A stretch of DNA of 64,000 nt from a virus, in the IMG/VR virus record IMGVR_UViG_3300045836_000088, positions 1-64,000 of that record, one strand, 5' to 3'. The notes below the pieces were generated by a model. The model searched no databases. It was given only the letters and a program-made list of their open reading frames with translations, and was not told where the DNA came from. Of the stretch, positions 49,250-57,733 are shown piece after piece. Every line of letters starts with the position of its first letter. Position 1 is the stretch's first letter. The position numbers and the translations under genes were made by a program.

Positions 49250-49414
49250 TTAAGCTGATAACTTTATGAATTGCTTGCCGGAAATTACAACTACTTTCAA
49301 TTGCTTTTCTTTGTCTGCTATCCAGTTGTAAACTGTTTGTCTTGTTACGCCTTGCTTTTTGGCATAGTCAGTAATGGAGTAGAGTTTTGTGATGTCTTGT
49401 TTAACCTGTTCCAT
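49250..49414 (-). CDS. excisionase/AlpA-like small HTH protein (54 aa, not in ORF track)
   Basis: Manual translation MEQVKQDITKLYSITDYAKKQGVTRQTVYNWIADKEKQLKVVVISGKQFIKLSA. Confidence 0.75.
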   Translation of the reverse strand: MEQVKQDITKLYSITDYAKKQGVTRQTVYNWIADKEKQLKVVVISGKQFIKLSA

Positions 49415-49444
49415 AAAAATGTCTTCTGTATCTGTTTGTTAAAT

Positions 49445-49480
49445 CAAAGTTAGTAACAAAATCAAGGGACACAATACTAT
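49445..49480 (-). promoter_or_regulatory. promoter of xis/replication operon overlapped by a 17-bp attP arm-site copy
   Basis: TTG-N19-TAACTTTG; 49464-49480 is the reverse complement of 14480-14496. Confidence 0.65.
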
Positions 49481-49647
49481 ATTCTCAAATCATGGCACGA
49501 AAGTTATCAACATTGAGCCAAAAGCCTATTTGTATATAATTATAAGCACTTTTGTATACTAAATAAAACAAAAAAATTCTAGAAACATGGATATTATACA
49601 AGAGAAAGTAGACACAGATAGTGTATATACCGAACAGTTATTGCACG

Positions 49648-49763
49648 AAAAAAACCCCACGACAACCAAATCGTGGGGGCAAATACTTTATGGGAACCAC
49701 CCCATGAAGTTAACCGCCAAAAACCCTTAAATACTATGTGAAGTAATCAGATGGGAATTGGTA
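49648..49763 (-). ncRNA. candidate trans-acting small RNA
   Basis: TATATTTG at 49767-49774, terminator CCCCACGA/TCGTGGGG+U7, body complementary to several gene leaders. Confidence 0.5.
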
Positions 49764-49813
49764 CAACAAATATATACTTTGTACAAATATTTTAATACAC
49801 AAGGTAAATTCTT

Positions 49814-50101
49814 TTGTTAAATTCGATTATGGAACTAAAGGAACAAATAAGAAATACAATAAATGTTCTTACCAAGTTATTAGAGCGTCTTGAGAACGAT
49901 GGAGTACCTCATAATCTCCAGAAACGAAAAACAAAAAAGCAGCAACAATATGATACTGAAAATGAATTTACTAATGTTTTAAATAGCAAAAGAATAAAAA
50001 AAGTCGAAGACGAATGTGAACTTCTGAGGAGAAGAATTTTAAACCAAGAGGAGTATGAGTACTATTTAGAAAGAAAGAACAAACCACAGCAAGCTATCTA
50101 A
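49814..50101 (+). CDS. hypothetical protein (likely ATG 49829), paralogous to 15876-16121
   Basis: LNQEEYEYYL...AI motif. Confidence 0.6.
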   Translation: MLNSIMELKEQIRNTINVLTKLLERLENDGVPHNLQKRKTKKQQQYDTENEFTNVLNSKRIKKVEDECELLRRRILNQEEYEYYLERKNKPQQAI

Positions 50102-50144
50102 AACCGCCAAACCAACCAAATACTATTTACTTATAGAAAATATT

Positions 50145-50173
50145 AAAGCCTCCAGTAAAAAAGGAGGCTTTTT
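50145..50173. terminator. bidirectional terminator
   Basis: AAAGCCTCC/GGAGGCTTT. Confidence 0.65.
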
Positions 50174-50196
50174 CAGTTAATGTATGTGAGTGATTA

Positions 50197-50772
50197 TTAT
50201 TCGCCAGCTAACGGATCATCGTCGTCATCTTCAAACTCATTGTTCTTTCCGTAATGCTCTCCTAAGTTATCTTTAGGAACAGGCTTTAAAGTAAATCCCG
50301 CTTTTTTAACTTTATTGTCAATAATATCACCGAGTGGGTCTGCCATTTCACCAATATGATTATTGAACGCTATTTGCTCATCAGTTTCTTCATCTGTGCC
50401 GGTAAAGTCCATGCGTTTCTGATAATCGCTTGGATGAAAGGGCTCACGTTTTAATTGTTCACCATTCTGCTTATCAAGATACACGCGCTCGTTAGTAGTA
50501 AAGTCAAGGTAAAGTTCCGCTGTCTTGTCTATAAACGCATAGCCATTTGTAATGTAGCCTGAGTTTAATTTAATCTCAGCTTGCAGCTTATCGATACGGT
50601 TTTTGTATTCAGAAGCGATAGCCTTTTTCTCAGCTTCGATTTCTGACTTATCGTTTACTGTTTGTGCAAGGATAGCTGACTTCTGTAAAAGTTCTTCTGG
50701 ACTGAAAATGTGCTTTACGTTAACGGTTACAACGTCAGCTAATAGCTCTAATGTTTGTTCTTGAATTTCCAT
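50197..50772 (-). CDS. hypothetical coiled-coil protein with acidic tail
   Basis: 191 aa ORF. Confidence 0.75.
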   Translation of the reverse strand: MEIQEQTLELLADVVTVNVKHIFSPEELLQKSAILAQTVNDKSEIEAEKKAIASEYKNRIDKLQAEIKLNSGYITNGYAFIDKTAELYLDFTTNERVYLDKQNGEQLKREPFHPSDYQKRMDFTGTDEETDEQIAFNNHIGEMADPLGDIIDNKVKKAGFTLKPVPKDNLGEHYGKNNEFEDDDDDPLAGE

Positions 50773-50833
50773 AATATTTTAGTTTTTGACGGTGATGTAA
50801 ATTTAAGCGTTAGTTGATGTACTTTTTACCGCT

Positions 50834-51202
50834 TTAAATGTGCTTCTCAAGAAATTCTATTTGCTTTACTAGGTCTCTGTAATAATAGTTATTGAACTTA
50901 TCAATAAGTGATCCAGTTTCCCTAAAAACCTTTTCAATATTGAATATTAACCCATCTCCAGCATGAGTATCAACTGTTTTTTGCTGTACCTCAGTATTTG
51001 CAATTACACATTCCTGTGCGTTATCTGGATGCTCACTCCTGTTTAGCTTTAGGCCGATTTCTCGTAATCTATCTGTTGCTTTTACAATATCAACTAAACA
51101 TTGCTCTAGGCACCAGTTTTGACCATTTAGGCTATTTATTTGCCTTTCTAAAACTGTTGGTTCCCTTTGTTCAATTACCCCTTGTACTTTTTGTGTTTCC
51201 AT
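50834..51202 (-). CDS. hypothetical protein
   Basis: 122 aa ORF. Confidence 0.65.
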   Translation of the reverse strand: METQKVQGVIEQREPTVLERQINSLNGQNWCLEQCLVDIVKATDRLREIGLKLNRSEHPDNAQECVIANTEVQQKTVDTHAGDGLIFNIEKVFRETGSLIDKFNNYYYRDLVKQIEFLEKHI

Positions 51203-51207
51203 GTTTT

Positions 51208-51672
51208 TTAGTTATTAAATTTAATATTTGCTTGTTGGTCAGGTAAAGGCAGATTAAGGTTTAGAAAATCCAATGCCCATAACCTGATTTGTTCTGTGAA
51301 CTCCATAAATTCTATTGTTGATAGTTCAGTAGTGCTTCTAACGCGTTTCAATACTTCGCCAGAGCTTGTATCAGCCATTATTTCACCGTTAGCGTCTCTT
51401 ATATCCACTGAAAGGAACTTATGCTTTAAAACGTCTTTAATTACGTCTTTATCCATTCCTGTTTCGTCTGCTATCTCCTGAATATACCAGTGTAATACTG
51501 CATTCTGTGGTAAAGACCTTTTCTTTTTCCTGCTGGCGATAGTAACTGTTACTCGATCACCGTCTTTAAAAGCATTTTTAAGCTCATTGTACACCCATCT
51601 TTCATTAGGGAAGTGCAGTGAAGCATCTTTTCCAGTATGGATGATCTGAGCGTCTAATGTTCTGGTTGGCAT
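51208..51672 (-). CDS. NinB/Orf-like recombination protein
   Basis: KRSLPQNAVLHW...RSTTELSTIEFMEFTEQI. Confidence 0.8.
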   Translation of the reverse strand: MPTRTLDAQIIHTGKDASLHFPNERWVYNELKNAFKDGDRVTVTIASRKKKRSLPQNAVLHWYIQEIADETGMDKDVIKDVLKHKFLSVDIRDANGEIMADTSSGEVLKRVRSTTELSTIEFMEFTEQIRLWALDFLNLNLPLPDQQANIKFNN

Positions 51673-51673
51673 C

Positions 51674-52057
51674 TTAACGCAATGCTAAATAGGTTATTAA
51701 GACTATCACTGCTTGATGCATGAACTGATCCACACCAAATACATACCAGTGGAAGACATTTGCTGGACTTTGAAGTGAAGGGAACCAATAATTCAATTTT
51801 CCTTTTAGCACGTCTATACCACAATGTGTAAACAGCTCTATCTGGCATATTAAAACCCAATAAATAGGGTTTGAGCAAAAGAATATCAATACAAAAGCCA
51901 TTAAGAAGTAATGAACACAAGCGTGTTCAAATATTGGCAGGAATGGTGTGCCTAACTTTTTTGCTTGTAACATATATGGCCTTGATAAATGCGTGTAGTC
52001 TGCTGCCCAATGAGCAATGTTTAATAATATTAGCAGCAATAGTGATTTTTCGTTCAT
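51674..52057 (-). CDS. DUF3307-like membrane protein
   Basis: AHWAADY, HACVH, THCGID, GVDQFMH histidine pattern in TM helices. Confidence 0.75.
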   Translation of the reverse strand: MNEKSLLLLILLNIAHWAADYTHLSRPYMLQAKKLGTPFLPIFEHACVHYFLMAFVLIFFCSNPIYWVLICQIELFTHCGIDVLKGKLNYWFPSLQSPANVFHWYVFGVDQFMHQAVIVLITYLALR

Positions 52058-52296
52058 ATAATTTTATTAATTACTTCTTTAGCTTCTGTTCTTAGTCTGT
52101 TTATTAAATCAGGTGTATTTATACTTTTTGGAATGGTTCCCACATCTATAGATAATCCTAGCGTGTAATTAATTGGAATAACAGTTACACCATGTTCTTT
52201 TAGCTTCTCAATTATGTATTCATTTTCGAATGATAATTGCTGTGCTTGTTCAATAAATACTTGCATAAAAACGCTGTTTAAATAGGCGCTAGCCAA
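52054..52296 (-). CDS. hypothetical protein
   Basis: Operon packing. Confidence 0.55.
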   Translation of the reverse strand: MASAYLNSVFMQVFIEQAQQLSFENEYIIEKLKEHGVTVIPINYTLGLSIDVGTIPKSINTPDLINRLRTEAKEVINKII

Positions 52297-52491
52297 TTAT
52301 TTCTGAAATATATTTTTTGGAGTTGGGTATTCTTCTAAATCAATACAATCACTTAACAGGTCTAAAAAATATTCCTCCCATTGTTCATAAACATGCTTTA
52401 CAGCATCTCTCTCAGTTTGATTGTTACATCTATTCATTAGAACATTACAAACCGTTCCTGCTGCGTGCTCTGCTCTTTCTGATATTGTCAT
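52297..52491 (-). CDS. hypothetical protein
   Basis: Operon packing. Confidence 0.6.
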   Translation of the reverse strand: MTISERAEHAAGTVCNVLMNRCNNQTERDAVKHVYEQWEEYFLDLLSDCIDLEEYPTPKNIFQK

Positions 52492-52494
52492 AAA

Positions 52495-52992
52495 TTATTT
52501 AATTACGTTCTTAGGAAATATTGTTGGCCTATTGCCATTGAATAGGAAATGTGGATTAATCCAGTAGTAACCTTGCTTATACATTGGCGAGAGGTAATTA
52601 GCTCCTAATAGCTCATCTAATGCTGATTTATAGGTATTGTAAGAGCTTACCTTACTTTCTTCCATATACCTTACCCTGTTAAGCCAAAACCAGTCTTTAT
52701 TTACATCTACCTCATATATCACCCATAGTAACAGATCCTTTGCTCTCGGACTTAACTTCACCATTTCAAGCCTTCTCTTACTATCAGAAAATACCTTACA
52801 GAATGGCGCTCTCTCTAACTCCAGTTCCATAGGCAGCATAATTCCTTCTTTATCCCTTTTCCATGCACCATTAACGGGTATCTTATTGACATCTATCTTC
52901 AGGTTAAACAGGAATGGGTTTGTCCCAATCTTCTTTAAGTCTATATCTGGCTTATTATACTTGTTCCCCATTGCGTTAACTAAAATCGTCAA
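52495..52992 (-). CDS. RepL-like winged-helix protein
   Basis: TYKSALDELL...YYWINPHFLFNGNR. Confidence 0.65.
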   Translation of the reverse strand: MTILVNAMGNKYNKPDIDLKKIGTNPFLFNLKIDVNKIPVNGAWKRDKEGIMLPMELELERAPFCKVFSDSKRRLEMVKLSPRAKDLLLWVIYEVDVNKDWFWLNRVRYMEESKVSSYNTYKSALDELLGANYLSPMYKQGYYWINPHFLFNGNRPTIFPKNVIK

Positions 52993-53780
52993 TATATTGA
53001 TGCTATTTCAGGTAGTTGATATGCGCATATTTCCAAATAATTGAAACAATTGCATCTCTTACTATCATCTCATTTTATTGATAGTTCTATTCAAAATATT
53101 GATACCTGATTTTCTGCATTTATGAGCTATTAAGCCACTTTTTAAGCCTCTTACGCGCTTACCATCGATTCGGTATCTATATATACTTTATCCATACCCA
53201 CTTAATGCTAGTTGTTTAATTTTTTTAGAAGGTCTATGACTAGGGACTATCCCCCATAACAAACCACCCTACCCATGCAGAACGAAACGCGAATCCACAG
53301 ACCGGGGTGGGCTGAAAAAAGATTTTGCTTTGAGCTATGAAAGATTAATCCGCCTGGCTGAGAAATGAGAACTAAAGCCGGTGTTGAAAGATTTTACTTT
53401 GAGTGATAGTCCTTGCAGGTTAAGTAAGATCGCTCCTTATATCTCCTTAAAACAAGTGTGCTAAAAGAATAGGTTGGTTATAGGAAGGGTTGAGAGAATG
53501 TTTGGTAGGTGGGATAATCCCCCTCGCACCCTTCGGGCGAAAGTAAAACTTTCAATCCTGACAGAGCTATAATAGTCTATTGATTAGTCATGGTTATCAT
53601 AACATAAAGTTATTAAAGGATAGATTCATTAATGCTTAGAAGTTATAAATGTGTGATAGATAAGGTATTGTTTTGATTAGTATTTCCGCTACGCTTCAAT
53701 ATAGCCTCCGGCGGTATGGTATTTTGTTTTAATGTTGTTATTGTTTATGTTGGTGGGAAATTTTAAATTTTAGACGAGTT

Positions 53781-54170
53781 ATGAAAATTAAAAGCCTTGT
53801 ACCTGTAATTGTTTTGTTGCCATTTATTGGATGTAAGAAAGATAGCGGTAATATATCTGCGCCCATCGATATTACTGTAAGTGGGTTGACTGCGAAGACA
53901 TCAATATCTATTACCGCTGTTGATGAGACGGAGAGTAATAAGCAAGTATTACAGGTTACTAATCAGTATGGTAATACTACATACCACACAGCCATTGTTA
54001 GCGCGGGTGATAAAATTAAAATTACTGTAACTGCAAATATGGATGATAATTTACAAGGTGACGGGGATGGCTCGTTTCAGTTTATGTTTAAAGGGCGTTC
54101 TGTTGGTGGTCATAGCGGACAAATAAACAGGGTTGGATTTACGCAAGATGTGACAGCAATTGCCAATTAA
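53781..54170 (+). CDS. lipoprotein (moron-like)
   Basis: MKIKSLVPVIVLLPFIG-C-KKDS lipoprotein signal. Confidence 0.75.
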   Translation: MKIKSLVPVIVLLPFIGCKKDSGNISAPIDITVSGLTAKTSISITAVDETESNKQVLQVTNQYGNTTYHTAIVSAGDKIKITVTANMDDNLQGDGDGSFQFMFKGRSVGGHSGQINRVGFTQDVTAIAN

Positions 54171-54175
54171 TCATA

Positions 54176-54559
54176 ATGAAAGGGGATTTAAATCTTACAA
54201 TAGCAGGGGTTTTCTTAAAGCTTGTATTACCTGTATGTTTTATACTGAATAATAGTAATTACTATAACATATCATTATACCACTTTATATCTTTATTAGG
54301 GACTTTTTGTTTTTGTATTTCATTTTGGAATGAGATCAAGAGAGAAAATAAATTTTTAATTATTTTATCAATAGTTGGTGTATTGGTTTATCAACCCTTT
54401 TACTCTGTCTTAAAAACAGACACCCTTGCTGGAGATATTATAATAGATAAAATTATCCCTCTCTTTACTATAGCATGGTGTCTGTTGTCGATAATAATAG
54501 ATGCAGCAAGAATAATTAAAGATTACAAAAACCGCGGAAGCCGCACCCGCACCTTGTAA
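54176..54559 (+). CDS. multi-pass membrane protein (moron-like)
   Basis: Four hydrophobic segments, low GC. Confidence 0.7.
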   Translation: MKGDLNLTIAGVFLKLVLPVCFILNNSNYYNISLYHFISLLGTFCFCISFWNEIKRENKFLIILSIVGVLVYQPFYSVLKTDTLAGDIIIDKIIPLFTIAWCLLSIIIDAARIIKDYKNRGSRTRTL

Positions 54560-54581
54560 GCATTTTCGCTTGTTTTTCTAC

Positions 54582-54610
54582 AAAGCCACTATTCGGTAGT
54601 GGCTTTTTTT
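54582..54610 (+). terminator. intrinsic terminator
   Basis: GCCACTA-TTCGG-TAGTGGC followed by T7. Confidence 0.8.
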
Positions 54611-54757
54611 ATTGCCTAAATTTTAGACAAGTCTATTTTATAGAAAATCACCTATTCTATTTAGTTATATACCCAGACTAAATAAGTCTATTCCTATTAG
54701 ATAATCAGCATCCCATATTACTTATAGTTATACCTAACTACATCCCGCCAATCTCAT

Positions 54758-54823
54758 TTTACAAACGTATTGACAAATGTAAAAACATGTGTATATTTGT
54801 TGTGTTGTCTTTACAACTGTAAA
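54758..54823 (+). promoter_or_regulatory. early promoter with ACA-N2-TGTA operators (twin of 15595-15637)
   Basis: 34-bp identity; perfect TTTACA-AC-TGTAAA palindrome at 54810-54823. Confidence 0.75.
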
Positions 54824-55070
54824 TAACAACACCGCTCATTGCTGGTATTGAGCCATAGACCAGAGGCGAGAGATTGAACGCCAAATTTCAATCCGGTTAC
54901 TGTGTCCGATAAACACCTTAAAAAACGAGTGCAGTCTCGGAGGATAACTAAAAGCTGCCGTGAACCTTAAATAGAGTAGTAACGAAACAATCCGGTAAAG
55001 CCTGAAACAAAGCAACGGTAAAAATTAATAGCTAATGTGGCCTATTAATATAATAGACTGTTGCCAGCCA
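54802..55070 (+). ncRNA. structured leader RNA with multiple hairpins and pseudoknots
   Basis: No ORF; at least nine complementary stems found by eye; directly after promoter. Confidence 0.6.
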
Positions 55071-55126
55071 GTAAAGAAACACAGAGCAGCTATTTTAATT
55101 AACTGTCAATAAAACTATTAAACACT

Positions 55127-55342
55127 ATGAACTCACCCATATTAACAGTTAGCCAAATAGAAGAAAGAGCGATAACAACCGATATTAAGGCAGATGAATT
55201 TAAAGAAAACCTTTGGTTTTACCTCTGCTATAATAAGAAAGCAGTTAAAAGCCTTGCCAAAGAATTAAACGTATACCCAACATTAGGTAATGTCAATCAA
55301 GGTCTTTTAGATTATTTCTTCGCTCATGTTGGCATGAATTGA
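55127..55342 (+). CDS. hypothetical early protein
   Basis: First ORF after leader. Confidence 0.65.
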   Translation: MNSPILTVSQIEERAITTDIKADEFKENLWFYLCYNKKAVKSLAKELNVYPTLGNVNQGLLDYFFAHVGMN

Positions 55343-55385
55343 AATTAACTATTTATATTTATCACCCCAAAAAATAAAACACAAA

Positions 55386-55652
55386 ATGAAAACTACAATT
55401 GCTATTACCGGCCAAATCAATGGAAACTTTGCGCTTAAAAACGCAATTGAAACCTATAATTCAGAAACTAAAAAGGGAATGTTTAATAGTTTCAACATTA
55501 CATTTCCTTCCAAAAAAGAAGCTAAAAAAGCACTTTGGGAAGCGTTTAAGTATTTAAGGAGTGATAAACAAGATGCTGAAGCCTCTATGCTATCATATAG
55601 CAAATATGGCTCACTGAGCTACGACGCCTCAAAAGCCGTTATTTTAGATTAA
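55386..55652 (+). CDS. hypothetical early protein
   Basis: 88 aa ORF. Confidence 0.7.
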   Translation: MKTTIAITGQINGNFALKNAIETYNSETKKGMFNSFNITFPSKKEAKKALWEAFKYLRSDKQDAEASMLSYSKYGSLSYDASKAVILD

Positions 55653-55659
55653 TTGTTAT

Positions 55660-56622
55660 ATGGCAACAAGAACACGCTGGACAGACGATCATCGGCAATA
55701 TGTTATTGATAACTATTTTAAACTTCCAGTGGCAGATATAGCTAAGCATTTAGGGAGAACTGAATATAGTATTAGAATATTTGCAAGTCATAATAATTTA
55801 ACTGCTGACAAGCGAGGTAGACCCAGCGGTAAACCTTGGACTGATGAAGAAATTGAAATAGTTAAAAACGTTCAGTTATCAATAAAAGAGGTAGCTAAAG
55901 AAATTAGCCGTACCTATTCCGCAGTTAAAGCTAAAAGGCTATCATTAGGCATAGTTACAGAAAAAAAAGATGTTGACTACTGGAAGCAGGGAGAAGTAGA
56001 TATTTTAAAAAACAATCCTGAACTAACAAATAAAGAGATTGCCGAAATACTAAGACGCACTGAGCAATCAGTACAATTAAAAAGGGCAAGGTTAGGGCTA
56101 AAGGGGCCGTCCGAATTATGGAGTGCAGACGAAATAAAGTATCTTAAAAAATATTATTTCAAGCAATCAAAAAAAGAAATAGCCGATGCTTTAAACAGAT
56201 CAGCAACCGCCGTAATGTCAAAGGCTTATGAATTAGGCATTACTAAAAAAACAGATTATTGGAGCAAGGTAGAAATTCAGATATTAACTGAAAATATACA
56301 GCTGCCAAATATCGAAATATCACGGCTAATAAATAAAACAGCAGATCAAATTGCTTACAAAAAAGCATATCTAAATAGCCGCAAAGGTAATAGGAATAGA
56401 AATGTAACTTTTGAAGAGCTCGAAGATAATGTTCCTCTTGAATACAAGTCAAAAAGCAATAGGTATGCTGATTTACTGGAAGCCATGAATGTAAATCAAT
56501 CATTTGAGTTCCCAACATCTGAAATTCAACATATTCAGGCTGCAAAAAATCTATTCCCTGACAAAATATTTAAGATAAAACCAATAGACGAAACCACAAG
56601 CCGCTTATGGAGACTATATTAA
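55660..56622 (+). CDS. Myb/SANT-like HTH repeat DNA-binding protein
   Basis: Five ~48 aa repeats W(T/S/K)xxE...IAxxLxR(T/S). Confidence 0.75.
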   Translation: MATRTRWTDDHRQYVIDNYFKLPVADIAKHLGRTEYSIRIFASHNNLTADKRGRPSGKPWTDEEIEIVKNVQLSIKEVAKEISRTYSAVKAKRLSLGIVTEKKDVDYWKQGEVDILKNNPELTNKEIAEILRRTEQSVQLKRARLGLKGPSELWSADEIKYLKKYYFKQSKKEIADALNRSATAVMSKAYELGITKKTDYWSKVEIQILTENIQLPNIEISRLINKTADQIAYKKAYLNSRKGNRNRNVTFEELEDNVPLEYKSKSNRYADLLEAMNVNQSFEFPTSEIQHIQAAKNLFPDKIFKIKPIDETTSRLWRLY

Positions 56623-56731
56623 ATAAAAAGTAAATCACAACTCAATAACCAATGCAGCCCGATTGATTGAAATCTTTCGGGCTTTTTTATTTCTAACCGT
56701 CAATAACCAACCACTTAAACAAAACACAATA

Positions 56732-57268
56732 ATGAAAACCTTAACTATTATGGAAACCGCAAAAGTTTATGTAGGAACCTACGCAAAGTATACAAACGGC
56801 TCAATTGCCGGAGAATGGTTAGACCTTTCTGACTATTCAAGCAAAGAAGAATTTCTTGAAGCTTGCGCGGAATTGCACAGCGATGAAGAAGACCCTGAAT
56901 TTATGTTTCAGGACTTTGAAAATATACCTGATGGTTTAATCTGTGAAAGCTGGATAAGTGAGGGCTTTTTTACCTATCAGGAAGTATTAAACGAAATAGA
57001 TAACCCTGAAGCGTTTAAAGTGTTTATTAATCACATGGGTTATGATTTAGCAAAAGAAGACGCTGAAGACCTTAAAGATAGCTTTGAAGATGCTTATTGT
57101 GGCGAATACAATAGCGAATTGGATTATGCCTATGAAATAGCGGACGAAATGATGCCAAGTGACGCGCCTGACTTCTTAACCAGATACTTTGATTACGAAG
57201 CGTTTTGCAGGGACTTGTTTATTAGTGACAATTGGTATGAAGGCGGTTTTGTCTTCCGTAATATTTAA
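56732..57268 (+). CDS. ardA: antirestriction protein ArdA
   Basis: VYVGTYAKYTNGSIAGEWLDL, DPEFMFQDFE, YFDYEAFCRDL; highly acidic. Confidence 0.92.
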   Translation: MKTLTIMETAKVYVGTYAKYTNGSIAGEWLDLSDYSSKEEFLEACAELHSDEEDPEFMFQDFENIPDGLICESWISEGFFTYQEVLNEIDNPEAFKVFINHMGYDLAKEDAEDLKDSFEDAYCGEYNSELDYAYEIADEMMPSDAPDFLTRYFDYEAFCRDLFISDNWYEGGFVFRNI

Positions 57269-57469
57269 TCCACCTCTCCCCCTCTTTAAGCCCTTGCAAA
57301 TAAATAAAGTAAGGGCTTTTATTATTTAAAACCTTAAACGTTATGATCGCCACCTTTTCAGACGGTACAACCCTAACCCTTATAGGGTATAGTTATCTTA
57401 ATGCTTTAGACTTAGTTAAGTCTGTAGCTAATACTTTTAATTTGCAATTCACATACAAGATAAAGTAGC

Positions 57470-57733
57470 ATGGAACAACTTGATAAAGGAACATGGGTGA
57501 AGTATCAGTCAAGATACTATTGTATACAATCTAACGGAAAGTCATCAAAAGGTAACTTGGTTTACAATTGTATTGGTTTGGATGAGATTGTAAAAGGCGC
57601 AAACAACTATGCAATACCTCATAGAATAGCGGCAGAACAAGTTATTATTTTGTCCGATACCGAAAAAGCCAAAATCAAAGAATCTTTATTAAATAAAATC
57701 TCATTTATAAACTCATTTATCGGATCATTATGA
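57470..57733 (+). CDS. hypothetical protein
   Basis: Early gene array. Confidence 0.6.
   Translation: MEQLDKGTWVKYQSRYYCIQSNGKSSKGNLVYNCIGLDEIVKGANNYAIPHRIAAEQVIILSDTEKAKIKESLLNKISFINSFIGSL

Noticed and set aside
49271-49453. + strand 60-aa ORF in the track
   Set aside because: Antisense to the better supported minus-strand HTH gene 49250-49414
54890-55010. Hammerhead, pistol or group I ribozyme
   Set aside because: No CUGANGA core; TAAATAG lacks pistol context; no group I P7 elements recognised
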